A DNA stretch of 64,000 nucleotides from Octopus bimaculoides. Its lineage: Eukaryota. The stretch lies in contig NC_068982.1 of assembly GCF_001194135.2 (NCBI RefSeq), positions 182,807-246,806 on the forward strand. The letters are read 5' to 3'. The position numbers and the translations under genes were made by a program. This document shows, in pieces, positions 50,614 through 63,029 of the stretch; positions within the stretch are counted from its first letter, which is position 1; the number at the start of each line of letters is the position of its first letter. The notes beneath the pieces are model-generated. The model saw only the letters and a program-made list of their open reading frames with translations. It was not told where the DNA came from and searched no databases.

Positions 50614-53600
50614 CTGAAAAGAAGATAAAACTTATGAAAATGGTAGATTAAAAAGAGAGTTGAAACAGTAAAGTAAATATGGGGAATTTTTGCAATGTGT
50701 TGGTTGAGTAATGGAAGAATGAGGGTTGGCAACAAGAAAGGCATCCAGCCGTCCACAAAAAATGTTTCATTCCATTTAACTCATCCAGGTGGGCATTAAA
50801 GGATCATACTTGCATGATGAGCTTCTTTCTTCAAAATGAATGGAGTCATAAGCAGAAGAAGAAATAAGATTCAGATCTACCTATCTTAGAAAATACATTT
50901 AAACCCAGATGTTTACAAGATAGGGGTTCACCATTAGACATCCGTTTTCCATGCTGGCATGGGTTGGATGGTTTGACAGAAGCTTGTAAGCCAGAGTGCT
51001 GCACTCGGTTCTAACTGCCTGTCTTTGGCATGGTTTCTATAACTGGACACCTTTCCTAATTGTCAACCACTTTAGAGTGTAGTGGGTGCTTCATATGTGA
51101 CCCCAACACCAACAGGGTTGCCAGGTAGCTTGCAAGACAAAGAACTCTCAGCTGAGAGAGAGAGAGGGAGTGGAATCAAGGGAAGGGGCAGTGTGTTAGG
51201 TGAGAGGTTAAGGGATAAAAGAAGGACAAAGACAGTTGTCTTCCTTTCCGAAATCTCAAGGGTTCAAAGAGTAGCTCTTCCCTATTCGACATTGCCCTTG
51301 CTCCACGATTACCAACCAACTCAAAACCACCTCACTTAATAAGTCATATTTAAATCAAAACATTGGTAGAAATCATGCTACTAATCTAGTGATAATAGGG
51401 ATTATGTTGACAGAGTTACAGGTGAACAATGCTTTTAAATGGAGGTGTGGCACTATTTATCCATTTTCCTTTTCTCACATTGCTCTAACCTTCCCATCAT
51501 TTTGAAAAATGGATACCAATGTTTCTAGATTTTATAGTAGAAACTCGAAGGAAGTGAAAACAACTTGGACAACAATAACAATAATGGGGAGGAATATATT
51601 CTGAAAACAAGCAAGTAAAACTTGAAAATCTGTCGGTGGCAACATACATGAAGCCAACCCACAGAATAAGCAAATGGTAGCTTGGAACATAAAATTACTT
51701 CTGTACATAAAGCAAAAATGTCAGCATGAAAATTATCATGCTAATACAATAACCAGGATTTTCTAATTAGTATTATATCTTGGTCAAACAACTTTCAAGT
51801 ATGACTGCAAATAGAAATGGGTTGCTTTTTTTTTTGTATATATAAAAAAAAATCAAATGTTTTTGAAATGCCATCTCACTGCCTCTGATCAATCTACAGA
51901 AAAAAATGACAAGAGCCACAGCAAAGTTGCCAACATCAGGAATAGTAACCATCCAGTAAGATGAACAAGTAAAATAACTCCCCAATACAGTGTGCAGGAT
52001 TGTATTTTGCAGGGGGNNNNNNNNNNNNNGGGGGGGGGGGGGGGACTGTCTTTATAACTTTCCATGAAAGAAAGAAAACTTTAGATAATTTTGTGTTTCA
52101 AGAGGAATTGGAAGGCAGAAACCTAAAGCCAGCCATACATGTGAAGGCTTATAAACAAGGGTCTTCATCACACTAACCTTGTCATTCAGTTCTAATACTT
52201 CATCAGGGTCGGCAACAGGAAGGGGATTTGGCCTTAGAAAATAGGGGATTTGGTCATAGAAAATCAGACTCAAAGACTTCCAGCCAAGCCACATAACCAA
52301 CGGAAAGTAAACTTAGAACAATGACGATTCATTGACTGGTGCCTCATCGAGAGATTTAGCAAATCTTATCACCCCACAACTCCATTTATCAAAATGCTAA
52401 GTTACAGGACACAAACGAACCATAAACACCAATTCCTAGTTTAACCAAAAACCTAACCATTTTCCTTCCTTGTATTGTTTTGAGAGTTTTGCATTCGGAA
52501 ATCAACCTCCACCTCTGCAACCAATGTCCTGTTTGATCCTCCTTTACCATTGGTTCCTTCCACATAGATCTCCTAGTACTTCATTACATCATCCATACAC
52601 ATTACAATTCCACATCAAAACAACTGTCTCTCTTGAACACTCATTTTCTACTCAAGCATCAATGCTCTTATTGTGGCAACTATGCTTCCACAGCATTCTC
52701 ACTGTGTACCAGAAGCTATTCACTACTTCTATAGACTCTTCTGAGCATTGCAAGGAATTTATTTTATCAGTGCTGACTGCCAACTACTCTTGTGCATCAA
52801 GAATTGAAATTTTTATTCCCTATCAACTAGATTTCAATTCCATTACACCTTTCATGCATCTATATACCATACTGACTACACCACATGGAATTTGTTGGGT
52901 TTTTATTTTTTCTGCAGACTGGTTTTCTTTCCCACACATGATTCAAAGTTTTTATTTCCACAGACTCTGCTAAGAGAGTTAAGATCAGTAAATAGGAGTT
53001 TCACAGACAATCAGTCAAACTTCTATTATTTGTTTTTCTGAATTGCATTAACCAAAGAATATATTTAGAGCAATGTGATGAAATGGAGTTTAAATACCAA
53101 AACTGAAGCTAAATGCATTTAATCATGAACCTCTCAAGCAAAAAAGAGTAATGATAGTCACCAGAACGCAGAAAGAATGAAAAATCTATTTAGCATCTTG
53201 GCCCCACTATATAAATGAAAATCCGGCTCCCATGCTGGTGGCATGCAAAATGCACCATTCGAGTGTGGTCATTGCCAGTGCTACCTGACTGGCTTCCATA
53301 CCAGTGGCACTTAAAAGCATCATTCGAGAGTGGTCGATGCCAGTTGCCACCTTACTGGCCCTCGTGCCACTGCACTCTCAGAGTGGTTGGTGTTAGGAAA
53401 GGTATCCAGCTGTAGAAACCTTGCTAGATCAGATTGGAGCAACCTCATGGCTTGCCAACCCATGCCAGCATGGAAAGCGGATATTAAACGATGATAATGA
53501 TGATAGTGAAATAAACTGAGTAAATTTCTTTTTCCATCCTCCCCCTTTTACTTCAATAACAAGATTTCCAGTAAACAACAATACCTCAGTCAAAACAGTG

Positions 53601-53633
53601 AAATGGAAAACAAAACTAATATAGAACACTAAC

Positions 53634-53775
53634 CAATTTCTGTTGATGATCTCTGACCCTCTTCTCATCTTTGAAAGAAAGCTTAACATTTAATGGCTCA
53701 TCACCAGCTATTTTCAAATTGTTAAATTTTGATATTGCAACTTCTGCCTCATTGAGCTGAGCATATGTTACAAAA
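53634..53775 (-). CDS. TDRD1: TDRD1/Vreteno-like exon: RRM C-terminal part
   Basis: ttattttcag/gttagt, phase 2-0; FVTYAQLNEAEVAISKFNNLKIAGDEPLNVKLSFKDEKRVRDHQQKL completes RNP1 (LYGFVTY), helix 2 and beta4. Confidence 0.88.
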
Positions 53776-54040
53776 CTGAAAATAAAATAGAAATAAGAAG
53801 CAAACATTTATTATTGCTTACATGTATAACAAGGTTGGTTATTGATTATGAGTTTTGGTGAAGTTAACTGTGGCTGGTTCATCTTGATGTAGCTGTGTGT
53901 TGGTTATGTATTAAATAGTCTAGTCTGTGTGCCTGGAGTGACCATAGATGAACAAATGTCAAGGAGAACCAGGTAAATTCAATGCAACTGTTATTCATTA
54001 CAACCCATTATAAAAATACATGGCAAATGTCTTACATATT

Positions 54041-54250
54041 CTTTTCTGCTCTAGGTACAAGGCCTGAAATTTGGGGGGAGGGGGCCAGTCGATTAGATTA
54101 ACCCCAGTACTCAACTGGTACTTAATTTATCAACCCCGAAAGGATAAAAGGCAAAGTCGACCAGAGCAGAATTCGAACTCAGAACGTAAAGACAGACGAA
54201 ATACTGCTAAGCATTTTGCCTGGCACGCTAACATTTCTACCAGTCCACCA
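54041..54250 (-). mobile_element. tRNA-derived SINE flanked by a long direct repeat
   Basis: Reverse complement of the SINE core; flanks 54008-54040 and 54263-54295 are 33-bp direct repeats. Confidence 0.82.
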
Positions 54251-56397
54251 TTATACAACCTGTTATAAAAAAACATGGCAAATGTCTTACATATTGCAAA
54301 GTAACTGGTGTTGGTAATTTTAACTAACTCCATCTGGAACAGTGGAAGTTGTGTCACAGTTGAAATTCAGTAGCGTGTTCATGACTCAGTTTTGTTTTGC
54401 TGGGCAGCATCGGCAACAGAAACGAACAGCAAGACACCTGGTTACTGTGATCTTGTCTCTCTCTCTCTCCTTCTCTTCTAATGTGTGAGGGACTGTTCCT
54501 TATATAATGATTGCTGGGCAGGAAGAGAATTTTTCTGCGCTGGGATAAAAACGGTTGCTCAAATAACCAATTGGCTTAGTTAAGACCATCCGATTTTTGC
54601 AACAGAATTAGTTCAACCCTAATCACATGATCAAATGCTGACAATGTCAACATATGCCCATTTCATATAATTTAAAACTGAATAGCCGGGTAGACATGCT
54701 TGCTACAAATGCCTTAATAGTTGCATCTCATCTAAACAGACAATGTCGGGACTTCCAGTTCAAATCACAACAATCTCAGTGTTATATACAACTCTGAAAT
54801 CATCTAGTCACCATCATCATCATCCTCCTCATTTTACATCCGTTTTTCATGCTGGCATGGGTTGGATGGTTTGACATGTCAGGCTCCATTATCTGGTCTG
54901 ACATGGTTTCTACAGCTGGATGCCCTTCCTAATGCCAACCAGAGTGTACTGGATGCTTTTTGCATGGCATCAGTATCAACAGGGTCACCAAGCACCTTGC
55001 AAGACAAAACCTCTAAACTGGGAGTGGAGAGTAGTACTGAGGGGCTTTGTGCCAGTTGGAAGATTGAAGGTATAGAAGGGACAGAGAAAGGTAGCTTATC
55101 TATATGGAGGTATCATGTAGGGGCTATAATTCACTACCCTAAACAGCAACAATATGGTATATAATGTTTTGTTAGCATGCACTGCCATGTCATCATCGGA
55201 AGAGCCTACTTGAACATGCTTCCTTGGAAATTCTCTAGATGTAGAAGCTTGTATCGTTTACCTGTCTCTCGTGGTAACAGGTGTGAACCCTTCCCAGGTT
55301 CACTCTGCTTTTCATTCTTAAATTTTGACTAAAACCAGTGAAAGAATATTTAGTCGAAAGAAAAGGAGATGTCCGCATGTGTTGTAGTCAGACTGGTACA
55401 GTTTATGGAACATATGCAGGCAAAGAATTCTATAAGAGTTTAATATAGTGTTTGAGTAGGACAAAATGCATAAACAAAGTTGACATAGCAACTGACTTGG
55501 AGTAGAACACAGATTGCTCGTTCAGCCCACCCCAAATGTAATGTTCAATGAAGTTCAGGAACACTTAGTATTTATTCATTTAGGACGCCATTTGAGGAAT
55601 GCATTTCAATATCAGAAAATTCTTATTGTAATTATAGTACATTTAGTAGCTTCAGCTAGTACTAGCCTAGTTTCAAGGGATTCTACTGATTACTTTCACC
55701 TAAACCAGTACTAATCAGGCAAACATGCAAGCTAAAGACTACACACCCACCGGGAACAGTAAAAAGCAGGTTCTGAACCCTCTGTCCTTCCCTATCGAAG
55801 AACTAATCACTCAACAGACAAACAGTTACCTCGGTATAAGGTGGCAATGAATTTGAAGAGAATCTGGAGAAAGGGGTTAAGGAAGCTGAAAGATATTTCT
55901 ATTAAGGTAAAAACCATCCATCCACAGTAGTGATAAATTTGGAGACTTCTATAGACATAGAATCTGATTAAAAGAGTAGACTTCCATCAGATTACAATGT
56001 AGAAAAACAACTAACTACATTGAAACTGCAATCTTTTAGACTAGCACACCAACATGTTCTTCGAGTGACTGCATACAGACAACTTCCAATAACACTTTTG
56101 TCATATTTCTATTGAAATGCATTGCCTTTGTTTTTAATCTAGTAAAATAACTCATTATGTTGAAGTTTTGATGGCAAATCTTAATTTAGATCACTTTAAT
56201 ATCATATGACAGGATCAATAGAAGTGCCAGGAGAGTTGGTATCGAAAGAGTTAATGGGAAAACCAATTGGTAAACCTTTTCCAACATACTGACAGATTAA
56301 GGAACAGTCAATAAAGCTATTTTCAAGAAATCTACCAATGAGCAGGACAATTCATAAATAACATCATTCATTAAAATAAAATAATGTATAAACCTAC

Positions 56398-56483
56398 CCA
56401 TAAAGGGGCTTGCCATTTTTACCAGGACATATTTTTACCCTTTGTACATAGCCAGCCTTAGAAAATAGTGCTCGTAAGCCATC
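56398..56483 (-). CDS. TDRD1: TDRD1/Vreteno-like exon: RRM middle
   Basis: ctttctttcacag/gtagg, phase 0-2; DGLRALFSKAGYVQRVKICPGKNGKPLYG leads into RNP1. Confidence 0.88.
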
Positions 56484-58563
56484 CTGTGAAAGAAAGGAAG
56501 AAAAAATGTACAAATCCATAACATAACAGCATTATCTGAATATTTTAGTTAATTTGTAGGACAAATGAGTTGATGTATTAAGACCACCATTCTTATATTC
56601 AAAAGATCACTCAAGATGAAAGGTTGGAACACAGACAAACACACACAGGCATAGTTTAAAATGTATAAAGGCGAACCCCAGAATGATGGTGCTCCAAAAG
56701 AAGCACCTAGTATAATCTGTAAATGATTAGCATGAGGAAGGGCATTCAGCCATAGAAATCATATCAAAAATGAGACAACGGAAGCAGACACATTGAATCC
56801 AGTCAAACCATATCCAATACAACAATGAAAACTGTTGTATGATGATGATGAATATGGTGTAGGTAAGAGTAATATTCACTTAATACATAATGATAAGTCA
56901 TTGGTGTGAGGAAGGGCATCCAGCTGTAGAAACCATGCTACAACAAGGCAGCTCTGCTAACCATGTCCAACCTATGCCAGCATGGAGAGTGGACGTTAAA
57001 CGATGTCCATCTTCCATGCTAGCATGGTTTGACAGAAGCTGGTACCAGAGGACTGTGCCAAGCTTCACTGTCTACTTTGGCATGGTATTTACATCTGGCT
57101 GCCCATCCTAACACCAACCATTCATGAGTACATTAAATATCATGCTTGTAATGGGTTAGACATCTTGTTAAGACAGGTTTAACACTGCTGAATGCCCTTC
57201 CTGTTGGCATTTCTCACCTTGTTTCCAAGATAGTATTTCCCCTTGTCTGGATACGTTTTCAAAGACTCAAACATATTTGATACCATTCCCAATCGACAGG
57301 ATACCACCACAAAATACTCTCACGCACACACATTGGGTTTCTTTCAGCTTCCGTCTACCAAATCCACTCACAAAGCTTTGATCAGCCAAGGCCATAGTAG
57401 AAGACACTTGCACAAGGTACCATGCAGTGGGACCGAACCCAAAACTACGCAGTTTGCAAGGAGAATTTATTAACAGAGTCCTTAACGGATGGTTCAAGGG
57501 TCATGCTGGTCTCCAGTGTCTGCTTTAGCAAGTTTTCTGTGGCTTGACCTTCTGAACACCAACCACTTTACAGAGAATACCAAGTACTTTTCTTCACAGC
57601 ACAAACCCTAGTGGCGCCACCAAGTAACTCACAAGACAAGATTCCTTTACAGAGTTGGGGGGAGGGGGGTGCAGAGTATTGAGGAAAGTGGCTTTGTGCA
57701 AAGAGTATAGAAAACAGGACCAGGTGATTAGCTGTAGAGGAGACATATGGATACCCCAACATGAAAGGGAGAAAGGATGGTGGAGATGAAGTGTCAGGGT
57801 GTGCCCTCAAGATAGAAGGAAGTGGAGAGAGAATAGGGGCAGAAAACTGAGGAAGGCTGAGTAAGTAGGTAGAGGGGAGGGAGGGTGAAATGTAGAAGAA
57901 ACAGAAGATGCAGAGATGAAGTGTAGAGTTCAAACAAGTAGCATCGGCAGCAGAGAGGATGTTCTGGGCAAACAAGCATTCAGTGGCCACATCATGCTGA
58001 GGGATGATGGGAAAGCATGATGGAGGGCAAGCGGGGAGGGGGGGGGTTCAAGATGTGAGATTAGTCATAGCACAAAAAGGAAGGAAGGAAGGAAGGAAGA
58101 TGTGGAGTTCTGCTCTCATAATTGCTGTAGCTGAGAAAATAATACAATAGTTAGAACGATGGGTGTTAGGAAGAGGACTTGCTGGAATGGTTTGACAGAT
58201 ATAGATTGGGTGATATACTTTCAGGACCTAGATTCTGCAGAAATGGAAAGGTTTACTTGTGCACAACAAACCACCATCTCAGTTGTTTTGTCATCATCTC
58301 TGTGATACGCAACATTTGGAGGTCATTCTTCACTATATCCACCCGACTCCCATTTCTAATTATCCCTCATTTTCCTCATGCACTCTTACAACTTCCATCC
58401 ACTCACTCACTTTTCTAGACTCCTACTTCGAGGGTATATTCACATCTCACCACCTTTATCTCCGCAGCTCATGATGCAAAAGTCTAACAGAAGAATCCAA
58501 GTTGAAATAGCTGCCATTTCTGGCAGCATAAATTTACTGGTCCTCACAAAGAAAACCACTCAC

Positions 58564-58618
58564 CTCTGTAAACTTTCGTGGCAGATTCCTTACAAAAAGA
58601 TCAACAAATTCAGGTTTT
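58564..58618 (-). CDS. TDRD1: TDRD1/Vreteno-like exon: RRM N-terminal part (RNP2)
   Basis: ttctttgtag acceptor, gtgagt donor, phase 2-0; KPEFVDLFVRNLPRKFTE contains RNP2-type LFVRNLP. Confidence 0.85.
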
Positions 58619-59959
58619 CTACAAAGAACAAAAAAAATATGAAAAGATTATAAAATGCATACATAAATGATGATGACAATACATACCAGTCCATAAATTC
58701 ATATTAAAAATCCTAAGAGAGTCGATTAAAAGCAAAGTGATTTCCATTTGCCAGCTTTTCATCCATCACATGATTGAACATAGGAAAGGATTTGACTCTT
58801 AGAAAGTCAACTATCCAGTTCAGGCATCCCATCCCTTGTTTTTCCATGATGCAACAATTTCAACAGATTTCCAAAAGCTACATAATCACACCAATTGCTT
58901 CATTAGTTTGTCTCTCGCTTTAGACAATTCCAATGTATTTTAAGCAGTTCTTTGATTTTCAGTGACCTCTCTTTATATCAACATTAACTCCATTTTCATA
59001 AAAGTAACTGGCAAATACTTAGTGAATCAAATTTAACAGAACAGAAGCAGTATTTAAGCCCGCAGTGTATGTGTGTCTTCCCATAACCACTGAGCAGTAG
59101 TGAGGTTCCTTTACATCTCAGAAAGAATGCTGCAGCTTGGCAGTTTCAAGCTGAAAACCAGTGGAACAAAAAATTACCTTAGTTGAAAAGCAAAGGTTGG
59201 AAACAAGGGCATTAGGCTTTTGTCTTGCCCAACCCATACCAACACAGATGATGATGATGATGATCTCTTGCACACATCAACTAACCTTTCTCATGAATTT
59301 TTCATCTTAGAGATCAGTGTTGCAATTGACACTGCATGTCCAAAAGATCCTGACTGGCTCCTTTCTTCCAACCTAGCCTTCTACACGCTTCGCAAAAGAC
59401 ATAGTTACAACTGTGTGGTTAACAAATTCATTTCACAACCATGTGGTTTCAAGTGCAATCCCATTGCATGGTACCTGAGGCAAGTCTATTCTATCATAGT
59501 CCTGGGCCAACAAAGACTCGTAAGCGGATTTTGTAGACACAGAAAGAAGCTCGTCATGCAAGTATGATCATTTAATGCCCACCTGGATGAGTCAAATGGA
59601 ATTCAATGAAACATTTTTGTGGATGACTGGATGCCTTTCTTGTTGATAACCCTCAATTAAGAAAATATTTCCCTATGGCTGGATATGTATTCACAAAAGA
59701 TTTGAAACAAATGCCACTTGTATCACAGGGACACTCGTTTACAACAATCACATGACAAGACAAGGAGACACAAGGAAACACACATACACACAGCAAGTTT
59801 CTAAATATAATAGACCCAGGCATAGCTGTGTAGTTAATCTTATAGTTTCAGATTCAGTCACACTGCATATCACTTTGGGCAGTTGGTCAACTGTCTCCAA
59901 CTATGGCCTTGGGCCAACCAAAACCACAAGAATGGATTTAGATGGCAAAAACCGAAAGT

Positions 59960-60222
59960 TCAGTGAGTGTTGCCAGTGCCCCTGGACTGGCTTGTGCGGG
60001 TGGCACATAAAAGACACCATTTTGAGTGTGGCCGTTTTTGTGCGGGTGACACGTAAAAGCACCCACTACACTCTCTGAGTGGTTGGCGTTAGGAAGGGCA
60101 TCCAGCTGTAGAAACTCTGCCAAATTAGATTGGAGCCTGGTGTTGCCATCCGGTTTCACCAGTCCTCAGTCAAATCGTCCAACCCATGCTAGCATGGAAA
60201 GCGGACGTTAAACGATGATGAT
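59960..60222 (+). mobile_element. RTE LINE 3' tail (representative; about 20 copies in the window on both strands)
   Basis: gtggttggc(g/a)ttaggaagggcatccagctgtagaaac...ccaacccatgc(c/t)agcatggaaagcggacgttaaacgatgatgat also at about 233, 1230, 4390, 5200, 7005, 18030, 20760, 22555, 35960, 40815, 53380, 63780. Confidence 0.9.
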
Positions 60223-60657
60223 ACATACACACACACGCTCACATATAAATGAGAGAGAAAGAGAGAAGCAGAGGCATGGATGTGTGGTTAAAGTTTGCTT
60301 CCCAACCAAATGACTTTGGATTCAGTTCCACTGACCTTGGAAGTGGATTTAGTAGGAAACTAAAAGTAGCCTCTTCTAGTTCTGGGACAGAACTAGAGAA
60401 GTTTCAGGTGTGGAAGCAAGGTCTAGAATCAAAGGGCCTTAAAGTTAAATTAGCAAAAACCAAAGTTCTACTAATAAGAAAAACAGACAAATCACAAATC
60501 CCTTCAGGTAGATGGCCCTGCTTGATCTGTAGAAAAGACAAAGGTAGAAACTCCATAAGATGTACCCGGTGTAAGCTATGGACACATAAGAGGGGCAACA
60601 ATATCAGAGGAAGGTTAACTGGGAAAATAGTTGTGTGTGGCAGATGTACAGGTACAA

Positions 60658-62174
60658 TCTATATATATAAAAATGAGAATGTGTGTCTGTCTGTCTGTGT
60701 GAATCCCTAAAACTCGAGAACTACGCAACCAATTTCATTCAAATTTTACACATGCCTTACTTAGGATTCCAGTTGTGTTTTAGTCAAAAAAATTATTAAC
60801 TTTTTGTAGAGTTCGAGCACACGGCAACATAATATCTCCTCCACTATTTAAGTATTGCGTGTCAAAAGTGAAACAAAAACACTCATGTCAGATACTTTCA
60901 CTTTAAAAATGAAACTATTCCACTAACTGAAACACTCACATTTCGATACTGTAGTGACAGATACTTTCNNNNNNNNNNNNNNNNNNNNNNNNNNNNNNNN
61001 NNNNNNNNNNNNNNNNNNNNNNNNNNNNNNNNNNNNNNNNNNNNNNNNNNNNNNNNNNNNNNNNNNNNNNNNNNNNNNNNNNNNNNNNNNNNNNNNNNNN
61101 NNNNNNNNNNNNNNNNNNNNNNNNNNNNNNNNNNNNNNNNNNNNNNNNNNNNNNNNNNNNNNNNNNNNNNNNNNNNNNNNNNNNNNNNNNNNNNNNNNNN
61201 NNNNNNNNNNNNNNNNNNNNNNNNNNNNNNNNNNNNNNNNNNNNNNNNNNNNNNNNNNNNNNNNNNNNNNNNNNNNNNNNNNNNNNNNNNNNNNNNNNNN
61301 NNNNNNNNNNNNNNNNNNNNNNNNNNNNNNNNNNNNNNNNNNNNNNNNNNNNNNNNNNNNNNNNNNNNNNNNNNNNNNNNNNNNNNNNNNNNNNNNNNNN
61401 NNNNNNNNNNNNNNNNNNNNNNNNNNNNNNNNNNNNNNNNNNNNNNNNNNNNNNNNNNNNNNNNNNNNNNNNNNNNNNNNNNNNNNNNNNNNNNNNNNNN
61501 NNNNNNNNNNNNNNNNNNNNNNNNNNNNNNNNNNNNNNNNNNNNNNNNNNNNNNNNNNNNNNNNNNNNNNNNNNNNNNNNNNNNNNNNNNNNNNNNNNNN
61601 NNNNNNNNNNNNNNNNNNNNNNNNNNNNNNNNNNNNNNNNNNNNNNNNNNNNNNNNNNNNNNNNNNNNNNNNNNNNNNNNNNNNNNNNNNNNNNNNNNNN
61701 NNNNNNNNNNNNNNNNNNNNNNNNNNNNNNNNNNNNNNNNNNNNNNNNNNNNNNNNNNNNNNNNNNNNNNNNNNNNNNNNNNNNNNNNNNNNNNNNNNNN
61801 NNNNNNNNNNNNNNNNNNNNNNNNNNNNNNNNNNNNNNNNNAGCCCTGCTTCTCACATGGACAACTGTATGTTGGCTGCTCAAGAGTGGGCAGCAACAAA
61901 AAACCTATTTGTATATGCTCCACAAGGGAAAACAAGGAACATAGTTTACAACGAGGTGTTATAATCACAACAGCAAGAAAGTATGTACATGATCACCTTC
62001 TTTTACGAAACTTCATTGACTTTCATATATTTATATTGATATACATATATATATACGTGTTTGGGTGCGTGTATGTATATACATCTCTATATATAAAGAT
62101 GATGCGTAGTCTAGACAGCGTTTTTAGATTTCATTATTCTCTTTAACCCGGGCAACGCCGGGTATTTCTGCTAG
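60658..62174 (+). mobile_element. Non-autonomous Helitron (contains the 873-nt gap)
   Basis: A|TCTATATATATAAAA 5' end; RepHel C-terminus CFSHGQLYVGCSRVG and KTRNIVYNEVL*; ACCCGG-gcaacg-CCGGGT hairpin; CTAG|T 3' end; no TSD. Confidence 0.92.
60969..61841. other. Assembly gap (N run)
   Basis: 873 N; smaller gaps at 49306-49326 and 52017-52028. Confidence 1.
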
Positions 62175-63029
62175 TTAACACTAAAAACGTACAGGAAATA
62201 GTTTCCATCAGATACCAAGGGTGAAAACTAGAAGTAGTTGATAGTTTTTGTTACTTAGGTAAGCAAATTAGTAGGAGGGGTGGATGCTACAAGAGCATAG
62301 CTGTGAAAATAGGAATAAGCTGGGCAAAGTTCAGAGAGCTCCTACCTTTGCTGGTAACAAAGGGCCTCTCACTCAGAGTGGGAGGCAGATTGTATGATGC
62401 CTGTGTGCAAACAGCCATGCTACATGGCAGTGAAACATGGGCTGTGACTGCCAAGGACATGCTTAGGCTTGTAAGAAATGAAGCTAGTATGCTTTGCTGG
62501 ATGTGTAATGTTAGTGTGCATGCACAACAGTGTGAACGTCCTGAGAAAAGATGGTCATAAGAGGCACCATATGTGGTGTGCAAGAGTGACGACTGCATTG
62601 GTATGGTCATGTGATGCATATGGATGAGTACAGCAGTGTGAAGTGCCACATGTTAATAGTGTAGGGAACTTGTGGAAGAGGTAGACCCAGGAAGACATGG
62701 GACGAGATGGTGAAGCATGATCTTCAAATGTTGGGCCTAACAGAAGCAATGACAAGTGACCAAGACCCTTGGTGATATGCTGTGCTCGAGAAGACTCGTC
62801 AAGCCAAGTGAAATCATAGATGTGGCCGATGCCAGTGTCGTCTGACTGGCACCCATGCCAGTGGCACATAAAAAGCGCTGTTGAAGCGTTGGGCCTCACG
62901 GAGGCAGTTACAGGTGACCTTTGGCAAGAGCTGTGAACATCACCTTCAGCATGACTAGTTATGTTCGATAACACTGTCACCTCCCAACAGCCAAGGCCAA
63001 AACAATCAGAGCCAAGAGATGCCCAAAGC

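Larger units (their letters stand above)
60370..62800 (+). mobile_element. RTE LINE ORF2 3' portion interrupted by a Helitron
   Basis: WKQGLESKGLKV..KTKVL, CLIC..C..CKLWTHKR, VVCGRC, then KLEVVDSFCYLG, WAKFRELLPLL, LHGSETWA, GRPRKTWDE. Confidence 0.92.

Noticed and set aside
52190-52215. Other CTGATGA occurrences (also about 11044, 33668, 48594) as hammerheads
   Set aside because: No helix II followed by GAAA
60898-61968. Three ORFs over 300 aa
   Set aside because: Artefacts of translation through the N gap
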